Both the position numbers and the translations under genes were made by a program. The notes beneath the pieces were generated by a model that searched no databases, had not been told where the DNA came from, and was given only the letters and a program-made list of their open reading frames with translations. This document shows positions 57,500-64,000 of a stretch of DNA of 64,000 nucleotides, piece by piece (the first letter of the stretch is position 1; every line of letters begins with the position of its first letter). Source of the DNA: Sedimentisphaeraceae bacterium JB056 (GTDB lineage: Bacteria; Planctomycetota; Phycisphaerae; Sedimentisphaerales; Sedimentisphaeraceae); assembly GCA_044440125.1 (NCBI GenBank), contig JBITAJ010000029.1:192001-256000 (forward strand), read 5' to 3'.

Positions 57500-58438
57500 A
57501 TGGCAATAATGAAAAAAGACCCACGCAACCCGATTATAACAGCGGAGCAGGTTCCTGCGGATTGCATATATGTTAGTAATCCCGGGTGCATCAAGGTGGG
57601 CAATGAATATGTTATGATAGTTAATGTCTCTCTTGAGACCGGACCAATAGTATTCTGGATAGCCAGAAGTACTAATGGTGTAGATTTTACGTTTGAGGAT
57701 GAGCCGATCGATTGGCCGCTGCCGCCTGCAAGCTGGCCTGAAGATTGTGTATATGATGCACGAATAACGGAGATTGACGGTGTGTACTATCTTGTCCATT
57801 GTTCAAGCTGCGCTACTATGGGCGAGAGAGTAGGTATTGTAAAGACTACAGATTTCAAGACCTTTGAAAGAGTCGGTGTGGTTTCAGAGCTGGGCAACAG
57901 AAACGGTGTTCTTTTCCCTGAAAAGATAAATGGGCTTTACGCACGTTTAGACAGGCCGTTTGGTAATGAGATGAATCCGTGTGATACGTGGATATCATAC
58001 AGTCCAGACTTGACGTATTGGGGCAACAGTGAGCCGGTACTTTCACGCAGGCCGGGATATTGGGACAGGCAAAAGGTTGGCGGCGGAGCTGTGCCGATAA
58101 AAACCAAGGACGGTTGGCTTGCCATATATCATGGTGTCGGTGAGACATGTAACGGGTTTATATATTCGCTTGGTGCGGCAATACTTGATTATGAAAATCC
58201 GGCAAAGGTCATCGCAAGAACTGAGGATGCTATTCTCTATCCAAAGCATGACTATGAAATCTTAGGCAGAGTAAATAATGTTGTCTTTGCATGTAATGCG
58301 ATTGTTGGGGATGACGGCGATTCTATAAATGTTTATTATGGTGCGGCGGATTCGCAGATAGGTCTTGCAACGACAAGTATATCCGAACTTACAAAAGCAT
58401 GTTATACAAAAAATAAATATTCTCTTAAAAGCAATTGA
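57500..58438 (+). CDS. GH130 family beta-mannoside phosphorylase/glycosidase
   Basis: SNPG, YDARIT, RNGVLFPEKING, DRP, KVGGG..PI, IYHGV, NVVF, YYGAAD. Confidence 0.88.
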   Translation: MAIMKKDPRNPIITAEQVPADCIYVSNPGCIKVGNEYVMIVNVSLETGPIVFWIARSTNGVDFTFEDEPIDWPLPPASWPEDCVYDARITEIDGVYYLVHCSSCATMGERVGIVKTTDFKTFERVGVVSELGNRNGVLFPEKINGLYARLDRPFGNEMNPCDTWISYSPDLTYWGNSEPVLSRRPGYWDRQKVGGGAVPIKTKDGWLAIYHGVGETCNGFIYSLGAAILDYENPAKVIARTEDAILYPKHDYEILGRVNNVVFACNAIVGDDGDSINVYYGAADSQIGLATTSISELTKACYTKNKYSLKSN

Positions 58439-58472
58439 TGTATCGGTTTCCGTGAGAGATGAGGAATTATTA

Positions 58473-60194
58473 GTGATTACTGGGAAAACACAAATAGATA
58501 TTAGAGAAAGAGTGAGGCTTGGTCTCAACTTTCTGAATAACAACGTAGATAAGGATCGTGGTTGTCTGCCGTACTTCACAACTATCTTTAAGACGAATCC
58601 CGCCGAGGCTCGCCACGACTGGCCTGATTTCGGTGATCTTACTTCACGGTATGTTGAGGCTTTTATATATGTTCGTAAAATCCTCGGCAGTCTTGAATAC
58701 AGCGAAAGCGAACTTAGGCTTCGCGAGCTTTTCTATTCTTATTTTTGCGAGAACGATGGTCTGAGCTATCGTCCTGAGTTTGAGAAGCCGTATTATTCTA
58801 CGATTTCACGCGGTCCGTATAATGCTCATGTTGCTGAGGGTTTTGATCAGGCGAGGGTTATGTGGGCACTGATTGCATTGCATTCAGAGCAAAAGGATGG
58901 TAATAGTCTTGAACTGATGGCGAATCTTGTTAAAGGCATTAGCAATGTGCTTGTCAGGAAAGATGATTACGGCTATTTCGATCGTTCGGCATGGACACCT
59001 GGTTTGAATGTTGATCCCAATGCAGAGCCAATGCCGCACCAGTTCTATTTTATGGGAACCCAGATCAATCCGCTTGTTCAATATTACAGAATGACTGGTG
59101 ATGAAACTGCATTGGATGTGGCAAAACGTCTGACTAACTATATTCTATATCAGACTGATTATTTTGCAGTTGATGGAAGCTGGACTGTTGATATAAAGAA
59201 GACAGGTGTCGGCGATGAGGTTGATTTTGAAGGCGAAGTTGATGGACATTGTCATAGCAGGCTCGGAACCCTTGCCGGTATTACTGCGTTAGGGAATCTT
59301 CTTAACAACAGTGAACTTATCAGCAGAGCAAAAAGTTGTTATGATTGGTTTTATGAAAAACATTGCAGCAGTTTCGGCTGGAGTCCTGAATTTTTAGGGC
59401 GTTACGGTGATGAGAATGAAGGATTTGAAACATGTGTATTGATGGATCAGATTTTGTGTGCGTTAGAGCTTTGCAATGCCGGTTTCGCTGAATACTATGA
59501 GCAAATAGAAAAATTTGCCCGCAATCAGCTTATGGAAGCTCAGCTTACGGATCTTTCTCTGTTTAAGAATGATGTTCATAAAGAGAAAACATGGCTTTCA
59601 ACATTCGATAATGTCGGGGAAATGGTACTTGGAGGATTTGTCGGCTGGGGTGCTCCCAATGATTTTGTTGGAAACTGCAATCATCATTACTGTCTTATGA
59701 ATTGCTGCGGACCGGCAGGGATTCGTGCAATGTATGATGTGTGGAGCAATATAACGGCGTTATCTGATGAATACCTGACAATAAACATGTTTATGGATTT
59801 TGAAGACGAGAATGTCTGTCTTGAAAATATGCAGCTTGAGGGAGAGGGGATAAGTGTTTTCTCAAAAGTGAATAAGCCTCTTAGAATAAGACGCAGAAGC
59901 TGGATGAATGTTGATGCGATGGCGATTACGTCAAATACCGGAAATGTTGCATTTACATCAGACGAGGAGTTTGTTTATGTTATTTCAGAAGACAGCTTCA
60001 ATCAGCAAATTACATTGAGCCAGTATCTGCCTGAGGAGAAAGAACATGTCTTTGTTAACGGCAGGGAGTATGATGTTATCTGGAAGGGTGATACCGTCAT
60101 AGAAATATCGCCCGAAGGCAAGTTCATGCCGCTGTACCAGAATAGAGTAATAGAATCAAAACATGCAGTGGATGCTGCTTGTTGTGAGGTTTAG
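58473..60194 (+). CDS. GH127/GH146-like (beta-L-arabinofuranosidase-like) alpha/alpha-barrel protein
   Basis: GAGGA RBS before GTG 58473; DGHCHS, ETC and NCC match the Zn/Cys motifs of GH127. Confidence 0.6.
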   Translation: MITGKTQIDIRERVRLGLNFLNNNVDKDRGCLPYFTTIFKTNPAEARHDWPDFGDLTSRYVEAFIYVRKILGSLEYSESELRLRELFYSYFCENDGLSYRPEFEKPYYSTISRGPYNAHVAEGFDQARVMWALIALHSEQKDGNSLELMANLVKGISNVLVRKDDYGYFDRSAWTPGLNVDPNAEPMPHQFYFMGTQINPLVQYYRMTGDETALDVAKRLTNYILYQTDYFAVDGSWTVDIKKTGVGDEVDFEGEVDGHCHSRLGTLAGITALGNLLNNSELISRAKSCYDWFYEKHCSSFGWSPEFLGRYGDENEGFETCVLMDQILCALELCNAGFAEYYEQIEKFARNQLMEAQLTDLSLFKNDVHKEKTWLSTFDNVGEMVLGGFVGWGAPNDFVGNCNHHYCLMNCCGPAGIRAMYDVWSNITALSDEYLTINMFMDFEDENVCLENMQLEGEGISVFSKVNKPLRIRRRSWMNVDAMAITSNTGNVAFTSDEEFVYVISEDSFNQQITLSQYLPEEKEHVFVNGREYDVIWKGDTVIEISPEGKFMPLYQNRVIESKHAVDAACCEV

Positions 60195-60196
60195 AT

Positions 60197-62257
60197 ATGA
60201 TACAAAGCAATATTGATATTCAGCTATCAGATACAAAAGAAGACCAAATTTTATCTTTTGCTAAAGAGGAATTGTGTCACTTTTTGCAGAATTGCTCGCA
60301 ATACAATGAATTATGTAGCGATAAGAGATTCGTACTAACCGTTAAACCGCAGATGGACGCTTACAGCTTCTCTGTTGACTATGATTCCGATAAATATGTT
60401 TATCTATCTGGTGCAGATTCTTCTTGTGTTTTACATGCCGTTTATACCTTCTTAGAGGATATTGGTTACTGTTTTGATATTACGGGACCTCTTTTTTCAG
60501 AGAGTTCATCTGTTTGTTGTGTGAAATTGGGATCCAGAACTATTAATCCTAAAGTTCGAGAAAGGGGTATTCGTCAGCACATTAACTTTCCAATGGATAT
60601 GTCTTCGTATTCACTGAATGAGGCGAAAGAGTATATTCGCAATCTCGCAAGGATGCGTTTTAATCATATAACTTTTCATAGTTATCCGAATCAGTGGATT
60701 CCGGTTCCAGAAAGAAATGAGTTTGCCGGACATTTTTTCTATGGTGTTCGTCATGATATACCCTCCAAAGAAGTTGTTGTTGAAAATATTGAGAATGAGA
60801 AAACTTTTTGTATTCCTGAAATAGAATCGTCTTATGATGATATTGCGATTAGAAGTGAGCTTGCAGTCAACTGGCTAAGAGAAGTTATGCTTGAGGCTAA
60901 AAGGGTGGGTATGCAGATTCAGTTTTCTTTTGAGCCAAGGAGTGGTTCTGTTGATATAGCACCAACCTTACTGACCGTAGATTCAATAATGGATTCATAT
61001 CCTATGATTGATATTCTTGAGGTAATGACTCAGGAATTTAATCGAGATTATACTACTGTTACGGCAAACGATATACTTAATATCGAGAATGAGCATTTTG
61101 GTAAAAATGTATTGAGTGATGATGTGTTTGCTGTCAATGGTGTTAAGCTTCTTGTCGGTGAGGTTTGCCATAATATAAAGGTTATAGAGGCTTTAGAGTC
61201 AAGTGATGATTCAAAGTTACCAAGGATAGTATTAGGTATTTATTGTGTTATGCCGGAATATTTTGATGTGTCTTTATCGCTTGTTCAGGAATATCTTAGT
61301 GAGCAAAGTCGTTTTGCATTTCTTGCCGGGCACAGCAGTCCGCTGACATTGGAGAATATGAAAAGTATTGACATGGATCATAAACTTGATACAGATTTAT
61401 GGTCACGGACAATGGTCTATAACTGGATAGAGTTTGATGGGCTTATGTATTTACAGCAGAATAGCATCAAGGGTATTTATGAAATGATTAAATGGCTCCC
61501 TGCAGATGATAACGGTCAGCTTTGTTCAGGGTTGAGCTTTAATCATTGGCGAACTGCTGAAAATAGAACGGTTGCTCGTTATGCTTCACTTGCTTGTTTG
61601 TATGGTTCTGTTGAGCCATATGATTTTTATAAGAAATATGCTGAGATATTAGGTATTGATGAAATTGATGCTTATATTAAAGCAATGACATATCTGGATA
61701 ATATCACAATCAAGACAACTACTGATGCTATAAATATAGGATTTTGCTTTGTTGGCTGCTGGTTGAGAGAAGGTTTGGGCTGGATAGAGGATCTTTGGAA
61801 ATTCGGTCCTGTCAGAGAAGTAAGAAAGGGATACGATTACGTTGCTTTATTGTTGAAAAAATGCATCTCTTCTGAAATAAAGGAAGAAGCTGCTGATTAT
61901 CTCAGTTTTATAGATAATCGTGTTCGCTGTACTATTATTCATCTGAAGGCTATGGAGAAAGCCCTTGAGCTGCCTGCTGTGTGTGCCGGTAAAAAGGCAG
62001 GAGAGCTTGATGAATGTCAGAGAGAAAAGGTTATTAAAATTTGTGAGCATGCATTAGCGATTACTGATCAATATATGGATGTTCATAGTGAGCAGATGTG
62101 TGATAGAGGGTGTGAGGGTACGCTTATAAGTTACTATCATACATTACCTGCCGTATTGAAACAGATTAGATTCAATTATTGCGGTATACCTTATGAACAG
62201 GCATCTACGCAGAATTATCAGATTGATGCTCCGCCAGAACCAATGGTATTGGTCTGA
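60197..62257 (+). CDS. Hypothetical protein, GH20/GH67-like N-terminal domain plus probable TIM barrel
   Basis: FAKEEL..., LSGAD..VLHAVYTFLE, ERGIRQH, LARMRFN. Confidence 0.5.
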   Translation: MIQSNIDIQLSDTKEDQILSFAKEELCHFLQNCSQYNELCSDKRFVLTVKPQMDAYSFSVDYDSDKYVYLSGADSSCVLHAVYTFLEDIGYCFDITGPLFSESSSVCCVKLGSRTINPKVRERGIRQHINFPMDMSSYSLNEAKEYIRNLARMRFNHITFHSYPNQWIPVPERNEFAGHFFYGVRHDIPSKEVVVENIENEKTFCIPEIESSYDDIAIRSELAVNWLREVMLEAKRVGMQIQFSFEPRSGSVDIAPTLLTVDSIMDSYPMIDILEVMTQEFNRDYTTVTANDILNIENEHFGKNVLSDDVFAVNGVKLLVGEVCHNIKVIEALESSDDSKLPRIVLGIYCVMPEYFDVSLSLVQEYLSEQSRFAFLAGHSSPLTLENMKSIDMDHKLDTDLWSRTMVYNWIEFDGLMYLQQNSIKGIYEMIKWLPADDNGQLCSGLSFNHWRTAENRTVARYASLACLYGSVEPYDFYKKYAEILGIDEIDAYIKAMTYLDNITIKTTTDAINIGFCFVGCWLREGLGWIEDLWKFGPVREVRKGYDYVALLLKKCISSEIKEEAADYLSFIDNRVRCTIIHLKAMEKALELPAVCAGKKAGELDECQREKVIKICEHALAITDQYMDVHSEQMCDRGCEGTLISYYHTLPAVLKQIRFNYCGIPYEQASTQNYQIDAPPEPMVLV

Positions 62258-62457
62258 TTAAAAAAAATAGGTGAATTTAAGATTATGATAGGAAGCTCTT
62301 CAAGAGATATTAGGCTTTGCGCTGTGATTCATTTAAGTAAGTAAATAGATTGATAGAAAGAATGTTATACGCTTTGCCCTTAGCTTGATTGTCTGGATTT
62401 AAGAATGATTGTGTAAAAATTGTGATTCGTTAGTTTAAAAAGAGATTGGATTTTAAT

Positions 62458-63888
62458 ATGCCGGAAGGTTTAGATAGTGATTGCTTGAAAAAGAAAGACA
62501 ATACCAAATTGTCTTTCAAGATTAAATCTATTTATGGTATGGGGTCGCTGGCTAATTGTGTGATGTCCAGCATACTGTTTACTCTGGCTATGCCTATTTA
62601 TAATATTGGATTAGGGGTTAGTCCTGTACTTGTTGGTATGGCTTTATCGGTTCCTCGTTTTTGGGATGCGGTTATTGATCCATTTATGGGGAATCTATCT
62701 GATAATACACGTACAAGATGGGGGAGGCGTCGCCCATATATTTTTATTGGTGCAGTTTTGACAGGGATTTGCTGTGCGGCAATATGGCGACCGCCTGCAT
62801 TTCTTAATGAGACGGGGCTGTTCATTTATCTGCTGGTTACTTCAATTATCTTTTTTACAACTTTTACTGTATTTACTGTTCCATATGCCGCTTTGGGAAT
62901 GGAACTTACTACTGACTACGATGAACGTACCAGTGTTATGGCGTACAAGACCTTCTTTCAAAGTATGAGCGCTGCCCTTATCATGCCATTTGCGTATAAG
63001 CTATGTTTTTATTCCGGGTTTGGTAGCAATGAAGTTGAAGGCGTACGTACTGTGGGGCTTTTGTTTGGTGGTTTTATTATTATTACGGGTATTCTTCCTG
63101 CTATCTTCACTAAGGAAAACGCTGTTGTCCAGAGGCAAAGCAAAATAAAGCTTATAAGTGCAGTGAGATACACATTGAAGGATAAACCGTTCATGATGCT
63201 TTCGGCGGCAACTTTCCTGATAATCTTAGGTTTGTTTATCATATTGCCGTTACAGTCATATATGTGCATCTTTTATGTGTTTAACGGAAATCGTGATGCT
63301 GCGGCTACTGTATTAGCTGGACATGGTGTAGCTTATGGGGTTATGGCGATGGTTTCTGTGCCTATAATAACCTGGCTGTCAAAGAAGTGGGGCAAAAAAG
63401 GTACTTTGATGGTCGGCTTAGTTTTGATCTCTTTTCTATTTTTGTCAAGCTGGTTTCTGTTTACTCCAAAACATCCTTACTTGCAGATTCTTTTTTCAGC
63501 ATTGAGAGCTCCGGAGATGTGCTTTATCTGGATTCTGACCTCGTCAATGATTGCAGATGTTTGTGACATAGATGAGCTTGCGACAGGTTTACGTCGTGAA
63601 GGTATGTTTGGAGCTATATTCAGTTGGGTTTTTAAGTTAGCGCTTGCTTTTGCAATGCTTGTCTCAGGTTGGATCGTTAAGTTTTCCGGTCTTGATACGA
63701 GTTTAGACGGTCCCCAGACATTAGATACAATTAATAAGCTGCGAATTAATTTTGCTATTATTCCGGGTTTGTTTATGGTGGCAGCTTTTATCTTTCTAAT
63801 GCTGTACCCGATTTCTAAGAAACGTATTTTAGAAGTGAGAGCAATTTTGAATGAAAGAAAGGCAGAGTCAAATAAGAGTGACATTTAG
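62458..63888 (+). CDS. MFS glycoside-pentoside-hexuronide (GPH) symporter
   Basis: WDAVIDP.MG.LSD.TRTRWGRRRPY, ELTTDYDERT, MIADVCD.DEL.TG.RREG. Confidence 0.92.
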   Translation: MPEGLDSDCLKKKDNTKLSFKIKSIYGMGSLANCVMSSILFTLAMPIYNIGLGVSPVLVGMALSVPRFWDAVIDPFMGNLSDNTRTRWGRRRPYIFIGAVLTGICCAAIWRPPAFLNETGLFIYLLVTSIIFFTTFTVFTVPYAALGMELTTDYDERTSVMAYKTFFQSMSAALIMPFAYKLCFYSGFGSNEVEGVRTVGLLFGGFIIITGILPAIFTKENAVVQRQSKIKLISAVRYTLKDKPFMMLSAATFLIILGLFIILPLQSYMCIFYVFNGNRDAAATVLAGHGVAYGVMAMVSVPIITWLSKKWGKKGTLMVGLVLISFLFLSSWFLFTPKHPYLQILFSALRAPEMCFIWILTSSMIADVCDIDELATGLRREGMFGAIFSWVFKLALAFAMLVSGWIVKFSGLDTSLDGPQTLDTINKLRINFAIIPGLFMVAAFIFLMLYPISKKRILEVRAILNERKAESNKSDI

Positions 63889-64000
63889 TAGTGTAGTTAA
63901 TTGATTTTTGATTTATTGAATTATGGATATATTGGCAAATAAATTTATTACAGTTTTTGAATCTCCCAGTCCTGAGGATATTTATTGTTACAGTCCCGGT

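Noticed and set aside
1..64000. CRISPR arrays, IS elements, integrases, rRNA
   Set aside because: I saw no regularly spaced repeats, transposase/recombinase motifs or rRNA-like sequence by eye.

Overview
A 64-kb accessory, carbohydrate-catabolism region. It probably comes from an anaerobic planctomycete of the Phycisphaerae/Sedimentisphaerales type; this is inferred from the prepilin/H-X9-DG genes and single dockerin-like tails, not from a marker gene. Four parts are visible. (1) 1-10286: a locus encoding an Asp-box/FG-GAP secreted protein, a DapA/NanA-like aldolase, an amidohydrolase, a class-III aminotransferase, an aldo/keto reductase and TauE. (2) Three similarly built loci (~10.4-25.6 kb, 33.0-46.4 kb, 46.6-63.9 kb). 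Each has LacI regulator(s), 2-3 secreted proteins ending in a single Ca-binding dockerin-like 'DxNxDCxVDxxDxxxxAxxWL' motif, one prepilin-like gene, then glycan-acting enzymes and a sugar symporter. No SusC/SusD, TonB-dependent receptor or cohesin is recognisable. (3) A 5'-truncated tRNA-Arg(UCG) fragment at 25806-25858 with att-like flanks. (4) A minus-strand operon at 25959-32710 encoding an FGGY/sedoheptulokinase-like kinase, a glycyl-radical activase, a divergent glycyl radical enzyme (GCQE / RIHG motifs), an AraR-type regulator and a type I phosphomannose isomerase-like protein. I found no rRNA, CRISPR array, transposase or integrase. All product calls come from motif recognition by eye; no searches were run.
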